Of a DNA stretch of 64,000 nt, positions 1-9,783 are shown piece after piece. The notes beneath the pieces were generated by a model that worked only from the letters and a program-made list of their open reading frames with translations, did no database searches and was not told where the DNA came from. This stretch comes from Pseudomonadota bacterium. Its GTDB lineage: Bacteria; Desulfobacterota; Desulfobacteria; Desulfobacterales; RPRI01. The translations under genes were made by a program, and so were the position numbers. The stretch's first letter is position 1; the number at the start of each line of letters is the position of its first letter. Location: positions 1 to 64,000 of the forward strand of contig JBDRRF010000111.1 in assembly GCA_043825875.1 (NCBI GenBank), read 5' to 3'.

Positions 1-140
1 GCCAGTTTCAAAACGCCCCATTTTGGCCGATCTCTGCGTTGGGCTCAAATTTCAATCCTCGAAATACTCAATGTATTCCTGCGGTTGAAATTTTCTCCCG
101 CCTTGAGCTTGACCAAACTGAAACGTTTTGAAAGTGGCTC
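1..140 (+). mobile_element. MITE family A, copy 1 (first 2 bp cut by window edge)
   Basis: Near-identical to copies at 9619, 12565, 36613, 36899, 48516; ends in CGTTTTGAAAGTGGCTC. Confidence 0.9.
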
Positions 141-501
141 ACTTATCATTGTATAATACGAAAAACTTATTCACCGGAAAAATATCATCTTGGTTTAAAC
201 ATATAATGCTTTTTGAACATGTGTTACTATGCCTTGTTTCATAATCAAATAGTATTTTACTTTCCTTATCGTAGGCAAGTGCAGCGCCACAAAGCATTCC
301 GCAGGCATAACTGCTGCATGATCCTTCCTGTTAATAAATACTCAGCCAGTTATTCCGAATCAAGGCTGAGGTTTGTTTCTGTGTTCACGTCCTTGAAAAA
401 TGCTTCCGATCAGCTTGAACAGTATTTGAACCAGTATAATCTTTATTGGAAATCATAAACACCTGAACCCAATCTGAACGATTTTATGACAATAGCTATA
501 A

Positions 502-2289
502 CTATTCTATGCTATAGCATGCAATTAGATTTGCCCAGCTAACCGCAAGTTTTGTTCCATCCGGGCTATAGTCTAATGACAGCGCAATTGAACTACCAAA
601 TTGTTCAAGAGAAGTTACGATTTCACCGCTTTCCAGGTCCCATATTTTTATTGTTTCATCCCTGCTTGAAGAAGCTAAATATTTCCCATTTGGACTAAAG
701 CATAGTTCCGTGAGCCCCCGTGTATGGCCTTTTAGCTTCTTTATTAATTCTTCTGTTTCAAAATTCCATAAACCTATTTCTTTCTCTTGTATACCAAAAG
801 CCGCAACATATTTTCCATCATTACTAAATGCACGTATTCCTTGAATGTTATTCAATGTCCTCAATAGTTTCCATGTATTTACATCAAATACCTGATTACC
901 GCATACAAAATATTCCCCTTTAGGGCTGAAACACATAGTATATTGTTGATTGTGAGTCATAGTTTTTATGCTACGACCTGATTGAATATTCCAAATTATA
1001 ACTTTAGTATCTTCAGCAGCACTTATGAGATGTTTACTGTCAGGGCTGAAGGCTATTACCAAAACTTTACTCCGATGGCCTCTCAATTTCTTTACGCGAT
1101 TTCCGGTATGAGATTCCCAAATATCTATTGTGTTATTAAAATTTCCTGCAGCTAAATATTTTCCATCAGGACTATAGCTGATAGCGTAGATCCTATCCAT
1201 TTTACCTATAATCCCTTTTCTGGCCCCCTTTATCTCAAGCTTCATTTTACCGGTTTTAGAATCATAGATATTTATCTTTTTGCTATATCCGGAAACACAG
1301 GCGAACTCTTTTCCATCAGGCCTAAACCTTATATCACTATATCCATGATTTTCACCTTTATTTTTAAAAAATATCGAATATCTTTCTCCTTTCTTTAGTT
1401 TCATAATGGCATCTTTTCCTTTTTTTGATATTTCTTCCCTATCTTTTTTAGTTAACAATGTTTCAAGTAAAACAATGTTTTTCTCTTTGATAAGTTTGTT
1501 ACGAAGTAATCTATTTTTTAGATATGTTTTATAGTTGTCAAATGATTTAAGAAATTCCATTCTTTCATTGTCATTATTTTGCCAATTTTCTATTTTGTAA
1601 TCTGCAATACACTTTAATCCAGTCCCTTTTTCTAAATTTATTGTAGCAAATGAAGATCTATCTAACCTTTTTTTTACTCGCTCATAATTTAAAATATTTT
1701 TTTTGATATACGCATTTATATCAGTTTCCTTTGCCTCAAAATAATGAACCCAGTTGCGGTTAAGCGGTTTGTTTAATTTTATTAATATTTCATTTGCTTT
1801 TCTTAAAATAAGATAATCATTTTCCAATTGTTTCATTATATTGATTTGGTTTGATACTACTACATAACTAACTCTGCCGTCATAATGATTGAAATAGACA
1901 TATTCATTATATTGTTTATTTTCTGGCATTAATTGATTCATATAATTGATTAATTCCAATCTTTTCTGAAAAAAATCATGGTTATAATTGTCTGTTATGT
2001 TTCCGTTATCATAATAGACCTTATATCCCAATCCCTTGTCTCTTTTATCAAATAGATATACGAACCATTTATTGTTTTTTATATTTTTTGCAACATAAGT
2101 ATGTTTTGTCTCGGCTTGAAATTCAGGATATTTTTTTTTAAAATAACTAACCGCTGTATGTATTATCTTTTTTTCATCGCTTTTTGATATTTGTCTTCTG
2201 TTTGAGATTACGGAATTGTTATTTGAAAAACTAAAAAACACAAATAAAAGCATGATGATAATTAAAATAGCATTAATGCTTTTTTTCAT
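502..2289 (-). CDS. WD40 repeat protein with N-terminal membrane anchor/signal
   Basis: Hydrophobic N-terminus; C-terminal GH...FSPDGKYLA...IKIWD repeats; very AT-rich. Confidence 0.85.
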   Translation of the reverse strand: MKKSINAILIIIMLLFVFFSFSNNNSVISNRRQISKSDEKKIIHTAVSYFKKKYPEFQAETKHTYVAKNIKNNKWFVYLFDKRDKGLGYKVYYDNGNITDNYNHDFFQKRLELINYMNQLMPENKQYNEYVYFNHYDGRVSYVVVSNQINIMKQLENDYLILRKANEILIKLNKPLNRNWVHYFEAKETDINAYIKKNILNYERVKKRLDRSSFATINLEKGTGLKCIADYKIENWQNNDNERMEFLKSFDNYKTYLKNRLLRNKLIKEKNIVLLETLLTKKDREEISKKGKDAIMKLKKGERYSIFFKNKGENHGYSDIRFRPDGKEFACVSGYSKKINIYDSKTGKMKLEIKGARKGIIGKMDRIYAISYSPDGKYLAAGNFNNTIDIWESHTGNRVKKLRGHRSKVLVIAFSPDSKHLISAAEDTKVIIWNIQSGRSIKTMTHNQQYTMCFSPKGEYFVCGNQVFDVNTWKLLRTLNNIQGIRAFSNDGKYVAAFGIQEKEIGLWNFETEELIKKLKGHTRGLTELCFSPNGKYLASSSRDETIKIWDLESGEIVTSLEQFGSSIALSLDYSPDGTKLAVSWANLIACYSIE

Positions 2290-2375
2290 ATAATCACCAA
2301 TTTATAATATATAGATGCCTTGCTATGTGGGTTTAACATAAGCAGCTTTAAATCGCTTTAAACAACTTTTTGCCT

Positions 2376-2780
2376 TCATTGACTGGTTTCGCTGTTTATA
2401 GCTGATACCTGATCATTAAGTGTCCAGAGATCATAAAGATAACCTATTCCGAGTAAGCCGCCCGTGAGTAGATAAATTATTCCGCTTATCCACTTTCCCA
2501 TATAGAAACGGTGTATGCCAAATAATCCGAGAAAGGTTAAAAGAATCCAGGCAATAGTGTAGTCAAGCTTTCCGCAAGGGAACCTGAGATCGGCCTCGCG
2601 GTCCATAGACGGGATAAGAAAAAGATCGATAATCCAGCCGATAAAGCAAAGCCCTAGAGTGAAAAACCATATTGTCCCCGTAACGGGTTTGCCGTAGTAA
2701 AACCGGTGGCCACCCATGAATCCGAAGATCCAGAGGATGTAGCCGATAGACTTGAGATGTGTGTCGTTTGAATTTTCCAT
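2376..2780 (-). CDS. TM2-domain (NINE) membrane protein, two TM2 repeats
   Basis: Two GxHRFYxGK...GxIxxxTxG motifs. Confidence 0.9.
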   Translation of the reverse strand: MENSNDTHLKSIGYILWIFGFMGGHRFYYGKPVTGTIWFFTLGLCFIGWIIDLFLIPSMDREADLRFPCGKLDYTIAWILLTFLGLFGIHRFYMGKWISGIIYLLTGGLLGIGYLYDLWTLNDQVSAINSETSQ

Positions 2781-2799
2781 GAAGTACTCCTATCTTATA

Positions 2800-3726
2800 T
2801 TATGGCAATTCAGGTGATAGATCCATAAATACTAACTCGGCGAATTTATCCGGCGGCAGAAATCCTTTTCCCCATTTTTCATCAAATGCCTTGGTTGGTT
2901 TTGCGGCAACAACTTCTTCCATTGTTTTACCTTCCTGCATAAGGTTGCTAACATTATCCCGTATTGTGGCCAACATTGAAACGTATTGCTCAAGTTTGGC
3001 TTTATCCGATAATGGGCCATGCCCAGGCACGACTTTGGTATTTTCATCAATCATCGGAAGAATTTGATTAATAACCTTTATCATACCGTTGATTGTCCCA
3101 CCGGAATATATACCGATATACGGATAAAGCCCTTCAAAATAGAGATCGCCCGTGCAAAGTACATTAGCATTTTTAAAATATATTACAGAGTCGCCATCCG
3201 TATGCCCGGCTTCCAGATGAAATACCTTTACTTCTTCTCCATTCATATGAAATGATATTACTTTCTCATACGTAAGCAGCGGCAGAGCTATCTGTGATGC
3301 AGGGGGAACCTTTTTGTTAAATATTTTCATGTCATGCTCTATGCCCATCTGCTTTCGAACATTTTCATGGGCAATAATTGCGGCTCCGGTTTTAGCCACT
3401 GTCTCAATTCCTCCAACATGGTCATAATGCCAGTGGGTAATAATTACAAAACGGACAGGTTTACTGCTTAATTCTGCGATTTTAGAAAGAAGCTTATCAA
3501 CAGAGTCTGCAACTTTAGTATCGATCATCAACGCACCGTCATTACCCACTAAAACAGTACTATTGCCCATGCCGCCGGAATCGGCAAACATATAAATATT
3601 ATCAGCAATTTTCTGGGCAATTACCTTAACCTCGGCCTGATCTTTAGCATACAAAAAAGAAGTAAATAGTAAAACGATAACAAGACTTCCGATTATTGGG
3701 AAAATATTTCTGTGTTTTATTAGCAT
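2800..3726 (-). CDS. Secreted MBL-fold metallo-hydrolase (cyclase-like)
   Basis: THWHYDH, HTDGD, TGD, PGHG motifs; signal peptide. Confidence 0.88.
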   Translation of the reverse strand: MLIKHRNIFPIIGSLVIVLLFTSFLYAKDQAEVKVIAQKIADNIYMFADSGGMGNSTVLVGNDGALMIDTKVADSVDKLLSKIAELSSKPVRFVIITHWHYDHVGGIETVAKTGAAIIAHENVRKQMGIEHDMKIFNKKVPPASQIALPLLTYEKVISFHMNGEEVKVFHLEAGHTDGDSVIYFKNANVLCTGDLYFEGLYPYIGIYSGGTINGMIKVINQILPMIDENTKVVPGHGPLSDKAKLEQYVSMLATIRDNVSNLMQEGKTMEEVVAAKPTKAFDEKWGKGFLPPDKFAELVFMDLSPELP

Positions 3727-3769
3727 ATTGTATCCTCCTTATATAAAACATATTAAACTGTGAAACGAA

Positions 3770-3976
3770 TCATTCTTCGTGCCCGGTAGTATCCGGTTTT
3801 TGTTTTATCTGTTTTCGTTTCTTTGCTGGTGGCAGATAGTTTTCAGAGGTAATGACACTTTTGCCTGTTTTTGATTCCAATTCCAATCGAGCTTTCTTTG
3901 CTATTTTACCACCCTTTTTTCCTGCATCTGCATTTTCTACCATTCCGGTTTAATCCACGCTTTCAGCGATTTGCCT
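3770..3976 (-). pseudogene. C-terminal remnant of a Bro-N/phage antirepressor-like protein
   Basis: Manual translation RQIAESVD*TGMVENADAGKKGGKIAKKARLELESKTGKSVITSENYLPP...; one in-frame stop; upstream part replaced by the MITE; family from recall. Confidence 0.65.
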
Positions 3977-4046
3977 GAGCCAGTTTCAAAACGCCCCATT
4001 TTGGCCGATCTCTGCGTTGGGCTCAAATTTCAATCCTCGAAATACT
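3977..4046 (+). mobile_element. MITE family A, left half only
   Basis: GAGCCAGTTTCAAAACG...CCTCGAAATACT, then unrelated sequence; breaks at the element midpoint. Confidence 0.9.
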
Positions 4047-4912
4047 ATATGATCATCGAGGTATAAAACGCCTTCTGTGCCTTCCCGTAGGAACGGGTTA
4101 ACCCTTTTTATCTGTTCAACAAGTTTTGTTTCGATCAGTTCCTTAACGAGTAATTCGTAATCATCAGAATCTGTGGGATACCTTAGAGTTATTTTGACTG
4201 CATTCCTTGATATCTCCACATAATCAACATAGTGGTGTTTAAACCAGTGAAGCTTTGAATGCACCGATAGATTAAACTTTGAAGTTTCTTTAAAATCAAC
4301 CCGTTTGCACTGCAGGTCTAGTTCATCTGCGATTAGTAGGAGAGCTGCAAGTAATTCACCTCTAAAAGGACGACCTTTTGGGGTATAATGACCATCCCGG
4401 AGTTTTTCTATGACCTTGGCAAAATACTCGCTCGAATGACCCTTGCAGACAAAGGCAATGGGGGCAATATATTCATCATCCAAACTAGCTGGGAGGTGAA
4501 AATCGTCTCTATCAATACTTTTAGCTGCTCGTTTGAGAATTATTTCACTGCTTAACACGGCGTGTTTTTTTCTTACATCATCGTACTCTTTCTCTGACAG
4601 GTTCTCGATAGGGATATCCTCCCATTTAAGAAACTGCATACCTATGTCGTGCAAGTAAGCTGAGGCAAGGAGCACAAACAATTCGTGATTGGATAAACAT
4701 GTATTGCCAGATTCAAGGGGCTTCAGGATCTGACTAAGAATAAAAATAATCTCTCTCGAATGGTCAGTATTATGGTTGGTAAACCAGGGCAGAAGATTAC
4801 TTTTCCACACACCTTCGCAGAATTTCTCGATATCCTGTAGATCGCTGTAAAGCTTGGAATCCATCGACTTTAATCTTGAGACTAACACCAATTCTTCTTC
4901 GTTGTTCATCAT
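3986..4912 (-). pseudogene. HD-domain (HD-CE-like) protein, 3'-truncated and fused to MITE sequence
   Basis: FTNHNTDHS...AYLHDIGM...ADELD motifs; last 19 aa (VFRGLKFEPNAEIGQNGAF) and stop derive from the half MITE. Confidence 0.7.
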
Positions 4913-5004
4913 ATTACAATTACCTCGATCTGGAGATATCGGCTAACATAGCATCCATAAATCTTTATGGTGGTCTGCTCAATAATAAGATATTTTCTGT
5001 TTTT

Positions 5005-5160
5005 GGAGAAAATTATAAAGAACAAAAAGTTAATATAATTTCCCTGAATACACAGCAATCAATTAAATTAATTTGAAAATTTACATAGCCTAATGACAGA
5101 TTTTTTGCAATAATATTTGGGCCATCTGCGAAAGAGATAGTGATTTTATGAGGATTTAAG
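5005..5160. repeat. Diverged ~155-bp intergenic repeat, copy A (upstream of HD gene)
   Basis: Colinear with 5813-5966; exact shared 22-mer GATTTTTTGCAATAATATTTGG at 5099-5120. Confidence 0.75.
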
Positions 5161-5249
5161 ATATCCATATTAAAAGGATTGTAGAAATTCAGACATTCCT
5201 TCTAAACGGCTGGTTCTAATAGATAGGCGTATCTAACCTGATGGCAAAT

Positions 5250-5543
5250 CTACTTGATTCTATCTTTGTAATGTTCGGGATCTCTGTGTAGATGCGCTAC
5301 AGCAGTGATGATAATAGCTTTTGGTTCTATAATATAGAGAAGAGCATAAGGGAAACCCTTTAGAATGCAGCGTCTTGTTTGTTCACCTATTTTCGTCCAG
5401 GCTTCCGGCATAAGCTCTATTCGTTCGATAGCTGCTGCAATTTCCTGAAAGAAGCGAACGCCTAACCCCGGTAATTGGTGGTTGTAGTATCTCACTGCTT
5501 CATCTAATTCATTGTTTGCGGGAGATATAAAACGGATTTTCAA
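5250..5543 (-). CDS. Type II TA toxin, RelE/ParE family
   Basis: 97 aa; ELDEAVRYY...GLGVRF...FPYALLY...AVAHLHRDP pattern; TTG start overlaps antitoxin TGA. Confidence 0.85.
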   Translation of the reverse strand: MKIRFISPANNELDEAVRYYNHQLPGLGVRFFQEIAAAIERIELMPEAWTKIGEQTRRCILKGFPYALLYIIEPKAIIITAVAHLHRDPEHYKDRIK

Positions 5544-5755
5544 ACTTCATACCTCTTTTTAATTTCATCCCAATCAATCGCCTCAAGCTCTCCTCGCTTA
5601 TAAGCTTCATATCGAGCTTCGGATTCGGCAATCCAACTCTTTTCGATATCCGGATCAGGTTTATCAAGGCTGTATAAAATAGCCTCAACCAAACGAATTC
5701 GTTCTATCGGTCGAAGTTCTATCGCCTTTTTTGCTAATTGATCTATTGATTCCAT
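5540..5755 (-). CDS. Addiction-module antitoxin (TIGR02574-like); start moved to MESIDQ
   Basis: ERIRLVEAILYSL...WIAESEARYEAYKRGE...IDWDE pattern; directly upstream of ParE-like toxin. Confidence 0.85.
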   Translation of the reverse strand: MESIDQLAKKAIELRPIERIRLVEAILYSLDKPDPDIEKSWIAESEARYEAYKRGELEAIDWDEIKKRYEV

Positions 5756-5812
5756 AGCATTGCTCCATATTTTTACTGGTAATTCTAAAGTGTTGGAGAT
5801 GTTAACATTAAA

Positions 5813-5966
5813 GGAGAATAGCCAGAATGGTAAAAACAAATATAATTCTCCTGAACAATCATCAATCATTTTAATTAATTTGAAATTATATATAAACTTT
5901 TGAAGGATTTTTTGCAATAATATTTGGAATGATGGTGAAAGAGGTGGTGATCTTATGAGAATTCAG
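5813..5966. repeat. Diverged ~155-bp intergenic repeat, copy B (upstream of TA pair)
   Basis: Colinear with 5005-5160; shared 22-mer at 5906-5927. Confidence 0.75.
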
Positions 5967-6051
5967 AGGTTCAAGTGAAGTTCTTAAGAATTTATGAAAT
6001 ATGTTTTTTGCCTTAAACTGATATATGCGATTAAACTTGGTAAAATTTTTC

Positions 6052-6104
6052 TTGACATAGGTATCAATTGATACCATACTATAAATAAAAGTATCAATTG
6101 ATAC
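6052..6104 (+). promoter_or_regulatory. sigma70 promoter with two palindromic operators (TA autorepression)
   Basis: TTGACA 6052-6057, 17 bp, CATACT; perfect palindromes GGTATCAATTGATACC 6060-6075 and GTATCAATTGATAC 6091-6104. Confidence 0.8.
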
Positions 6105-6148
6105 CAATCAGCTATAATCCTTTATTCAAAGGAGATGCGTTCAATTAA

Positions 6149-6502
6149 ATGCAAAGGCCATCCAAAAGGGAGATCCATCTTAAATTAGAGCGGGCAAAAA
6201 CTATTGTTGAGCATGTGGATATTTTAATAATAGAACCGGATGTAATTGCCGAGGATGCTATTGAATTAGGGTATAGGATTGAAAAACTGAAGGCGATTTT
6301 AATACAGATTTTAGATGAACTTGAGATTCAACATTATGCCGGAGATTATCCTCCACAAAGGTCTTATGAAAGAGAAATATTAAATTCTGAGCTTTTCGCA
6401 TTTAAATGGAAAAGTAAAAGGTTAGGCTGTACAGTCTATCTTAAATTTTGCATAAAGAACGATAAGTTTTATTTGGTTTCATTACACCAAAACAGAGTAT
6501 AG
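6149..6502 (+). CDS. MqsR-like type II toxin
   Basis: 117 aa, C-terminal VYLKF...LVSLH; precedes MqsA-like gene; GGAG RBS. Confidence 0.7.
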   Translation: MQRPSKREIHLKLERAKTIVEHVDILIIEPDVIAEDAIELGYRIEKLKAILIQILDELEIQHYAGDYPPQRSYEREILNSELFAFKWKSKRLGCTVYLKFCIKNDKFYLVSLHQNRV

Positions 6503-6536
6503 GGGTAGCTTGAAACAACGAAGGGAGGAGGGCAAA

Positions 6537-7364
6537 ATGATGAAAGATACCGTTTATTGCCCAAATGATCATGGGGAGATGTCCCTAAAAAAGGTTGAAA
6601 AACAAAAAACATTTAGGGGGATAGACGTTAAATACCGGGTAGAAACTTATGTATGCGATGAATGCGGTATTAGCGTTGGGACGATAGAACAGACTGCTGC
6701 AATACAAAATGCAATAGCTGATGCATATAGAGAGGCAAAAGGTTTATTAACAGGAAAGGAGATAAAAAGAAAAAGAAAAGAGTTAGGTTGGACCCAAAAG
6801 GAACTTGCAAAAAAAGCCGGAGTTGGTGTTGTAAGCATTAAAAGATGGGAGAATGGTATTATACAAACCAAATCGATGAATCAGGCACTCAAGAGCACTT
6901 TTGGGGGGAGGCAAGTTGGAAACCCCTATACCGGTAACAGAGCTGCGATATCGATCCCAAGAATTAAACTGGTAATGATAGCGCTTGAAGAGGAAGTAGG
7001 CTGTAAATTCCTTGTTGATGGGGATAAACTATTATTTGATGTAAAGTATTTGTGGTATGTTGATATGCTTGCATTTAAAGAGATTGGCCAGAGTGTTACC
7101 GGTGCAACCTATGCAGCATTGCCATTTGGGCCACAACTTAATAATTACAACGAACTGATAGACTTAATCAGAGACGCTGATGAAACAAAAGCTGAAACTT
7201 TAACAGAGGAAGAAAAAAGAATAATTGTTAAGGTTGCTGCTGCCTTCCCACGCAAAAAGATGGCTTATGATGCTGCCCACCGAGAGCAAGTTTGGAAAAA
7301 AAGAAACACTGGGGCTTTGATTCCCTATACGGATGCATCAGAGCTTACAGAGATACAAACATAG
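6537..7364 (+). CDS. MqsA-like antitoxin: Zn ribbon + XRE HTH + DUF4065/Panacea-like domain
   Basis: CPNDH...CDECG; WTQKELAKKAGVGVVSIKRWENG HTH; LWYVD...SVTGATYAALPFGP...AHREQVW; GGAGG RBS before ATG 6537. Confidence 0.8.
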   Translation: MMKDTVYCPNDHGEMSLKKVEKQKTFRGIDVKYRVETYVCDECGISVGTIEQTAAIQNAIADAYREAKGLLTGKEIKRKRKELGWTQKELAKKAGVGVVSIKRWENGIIQTKSMNQALKSTFGGRQVGNPYTGNRAAISIPRIKLVMIALEEEVGCKFLVDGDKLLFDVKYLWYVDMLAFKEIGQSVTGATYAALPFGPQLNNYNELIDLIRDADETKAETLTEEEKRIIVKVAAAFPRKKMAYDAAHREQVWKKRNTGALIPYTDASELTEIQT

Positions 7365-7515
7365 TTAGATTGCCTGTGAAAGAGTTGGTGATTTTATAAA
7401 CGCTCCAATGCTCTACCCTGGTTGTGGGCAGTCTGCTTAGAATCCAATAACTCTCTTTTTTGACGGCAGCTTCGGGCCCATCAGTTGCGTGATAGTTTCT
7501 ATCGCAGCAATAATT

Positions 7516-8730
7516 TTATTCCTGAGAAAGCGATCCCATGAAAAGTTGTTTTGCCATCGTATCCAATTGTTTCAGGTTGTCTCCTTCAAGCTCTTGCACA
7601 ACCTTTTCCAAAAACTCGGGTATGTTTATTTGCTGAGGGCATTTTTCCAGGCATTCATCGCACTGCACGCATTGGGAAGCATAACCGGGCTTTCCGGTAG
7701 CAATGCCGCAATTTCTCACAGCATATAGAAATGGTGCTTCATCCGCATTTCCAAACATATGTAAGTCATTATAGGTTTCAAAACATATGGGAATCGAAAC
7801 ATCGGAAGGGCAGGGCAGACAATAGCCACATCCGGTACAGTTGATTTTCATGATATCCACATAAGTGTGGGCTGCACTGTCAATAAGGTCCAATTCATCT
7901 TTTGTAAGAGAGTTTGGCAGCGCTGTATCCGCAATTGCGAGATTTTCATCTATGTGAGATTCTTCGTTCATTCCTGAAAGTACTACTGTAACTTCCGGAT
8001 GGTTCCACACCCAGCGAAGCGCCCATTCCACAGGAGTTCTTTGCTGTTTTGCTTTTTGCCATATGGCGGCTATTTCCGGAGGCGGGACAGGCCTGCCCAG
8101 GTTACCTCCCCGCAAAGGCTCCATGATAATGACTCCCAGATCTTTTGCCGCGGCATACATAAGCCCCTGCTTTCCTGCCTGATTATTTTCATCAAGGTAG
8201 TTATACTGAATCTGGCAGAATTCCCAGGGGTAGGCATCCACAATACGTTTGAAATCATCCAGTATTCCATGAAATGAGAATCCGGCGTTTACTATCCGCC
8301 CATCCTCTTTTGCCTTGTCCAAAAAATCTAAAACATTTAATGTATTGAGTGAATCCCAGAGATATCCGTTCAGACCATGAAGCAGGTAATAGTCAATTCT
8401 GTTGGTATTCAGCTTTTTGAGCTGGGCATCAAGATACCGGTCCATATCCTCTCTTGTTTTGATGATCCAGGATGGAAGTTTTGTGGCAAGTTTTACTTTA
8501 TCCCGGTAACTTTTAACAAGAGCGCGGCCTAAAAACGATTCGCTTTCTCCCCCATGATATGGCCAGGCCGTGTCAACATAATTTACACCTGAATCGATGG
8601 CATGACATATCTGATTTGTCGCACGTTCTTCATCTATCTTTCCGTTTTTTTGAGGAAGGCGCATTGCCCCGAATCCCAATATTGAAAGTCTGTCGCCGTT
8701 CTTTTTTACGGATCTGTAAAGCATTTTCAC
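7516..8730 (-). CDS. Aldo/keto reductase with C-terminal 4Fe-4S dicluster domain
   Basis: LGFGAMRLP, DTAWPYH, LATKLP; CTGCGYCLPCP and CVQCDECLEKCP. Confidence 0.92.
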   Translation of the reverse strand: MKMLYRSVKKNGDRLSILGFGAMRLPQKNGKIDEERATNQICHAIDSGVNYVDTAWPYHGGESESFLGRALVKSYRDKVKLATKLPSWIIKTREDMDRYLDAQLKKLNTNRIDYYLLHGLNGYLWDSLNTLNVLDFLDKAKEDGRIVNAGFSFHGILDDFKRIVDAYPWEFCQIQYNYLDENNQAGKQGLMYAAAKDLGVIIMEPLRGGNLGRPVPPPEIAAIWQKAKQQRTPVEWALRWVWNHPEVTVVLSGMNEESHIDENLAIADTALPNSLTKDELDLIDSAAHTYVDIMKINCTGCGYCLPCPSDVSIPICFETYNDLHMFGNADEAPFLYAVRNCGIATGKPGYASQCVQCDECLEKCPQQINIPEFLEKVVQELEGDNLKQLDTMAKQLFMGSLSQE

Positions 8731-8753
8731 TTCCTTTCGTTTACTCTATTTTA

Positions 8754-9440
8754 CTAAAACTTTGCATTAATAATAGGCATAAACCGCACGCGGCTTTTAT
8801 TTATATGATTTAGGATACCAACCTGTATTCCTTTCATGTCGCTGCATTCATTATAAAGTCCTACTTGAATACCTGTGACGTTGTCTGAATAGTTGAAGAT
8901 TCCAATCTGAATGCCAGTTATACTACTGTTTTGGGCATAATTAAAGTTATAGAGTCCACCTATCTGGATTCCTTTTACTGTGGAGGCAACATTGCCAACC
9001 AGACCAATTTGAATACCTGTAGCATCGTTGGTAACGCCGTTTCCTAAACCGCCTATTTGTATTCCGTAAAGATGATCGGTAGTATTACCAAGACATGCTA
9101 TCTGTATACCTATCCCCATAAAGTCACCGGGATCTCCCGCGGCATTATTCATTATTCCGGCAATTTGTATGCCAGTAAAATTATGGGAACTGTTAACGCC
9201 CAGTCCAAGATCAATTCCGGACACATCGGCATTCCTGCCATAGACCAAATTTAGACGTAATCCAACTATATCCTTGCCCTCATTAAATAGTTGCAGTGGA
9301 TTAAAAACGGCAAACTGAAAAGGCGACCATCCGTTTTCTACAGTTTCAAGTGCCTCCGGCGGACCTTGCCTGGTTTCTGCGCTTGCACCAAATGCAGATA
9401 TAAATACTATTGCCACTATCAGTAAGGTTAAGCGCTTCAT
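8754..9440 (-). CDS. Surface repeat protein (LA_2272-like GxQIGxxN repeats); start moved to MKRLTLL
   Basis: Signal peptide; many G(I/V)Q(I/V)GxxN repeats; C-terminal PIINAKF. Confidence 0.75.
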   Translation of the reverse strand: MKRLTLLIVAIVFISAFGASAETRQGPPEALETVENGWSPFQFAVFNPLQLFNEGKDIVGLRLNLVYGRNADVSGIDLGLGVNSSHNFTGIQIAGIMNNAAGDPGDFMGIGIQIACLGNTTDHLYGIQIGGLGNGVTNDATGIQIGLVGNVASTVKGIQIGGLYNFNYAQNSSITGIQIGIFNYSDNVTGIQVGLYNECSDMKGIQVGILNHINKSRVRFMPIINAKF

Positions 9441-9618
9441 CTTAATCTTCCAACATCCTGGCGGGAAGTTAGGAGGGAAGTTAGTGCACGAGTATTGATA
9501 TATTGACATAATCATTATTTCCCTTTGGTAGCATATTCCTTATTAAGAACTCAAGAACTTAAGATGTGTCCACCCTTGCTCGTTCCGTTAAAAGCCATTA
9601 TTTCCATGATAACCATTC

Positions 9619-9760
9619 GAGCCAGTTTCAAAACGCCCCATTTTGGCCGATCTCTGCGTTGGGCTCAAATTTCAATCCTCGGAGTACTCAATGTATTCCT
9701 GTGGTTGAAATTTTTGCCCGCCTTGAGCTTGACCAAACTGAAACGTTTTGAAAGTGGCTC
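9619..9760 (+). mobile_element. MITE family A, full copy, TSD ATTC
   Basis: 142 bp, 17-bp TIR with one mismatch; ATTC on both flanks. Confidence 0.92.
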
Positions 9761-9783
9761 ATTCTTGTTTTTATATTTGCTCT

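Noticed and set aside
213..458. 81-aa ORF next to MITE copy 1 (and 4876-5076, 5886-6107, 57253-57444)
   Set aside because: No motif or convincing RBS; likely chance ORFs in AT-rich intergenic DNA
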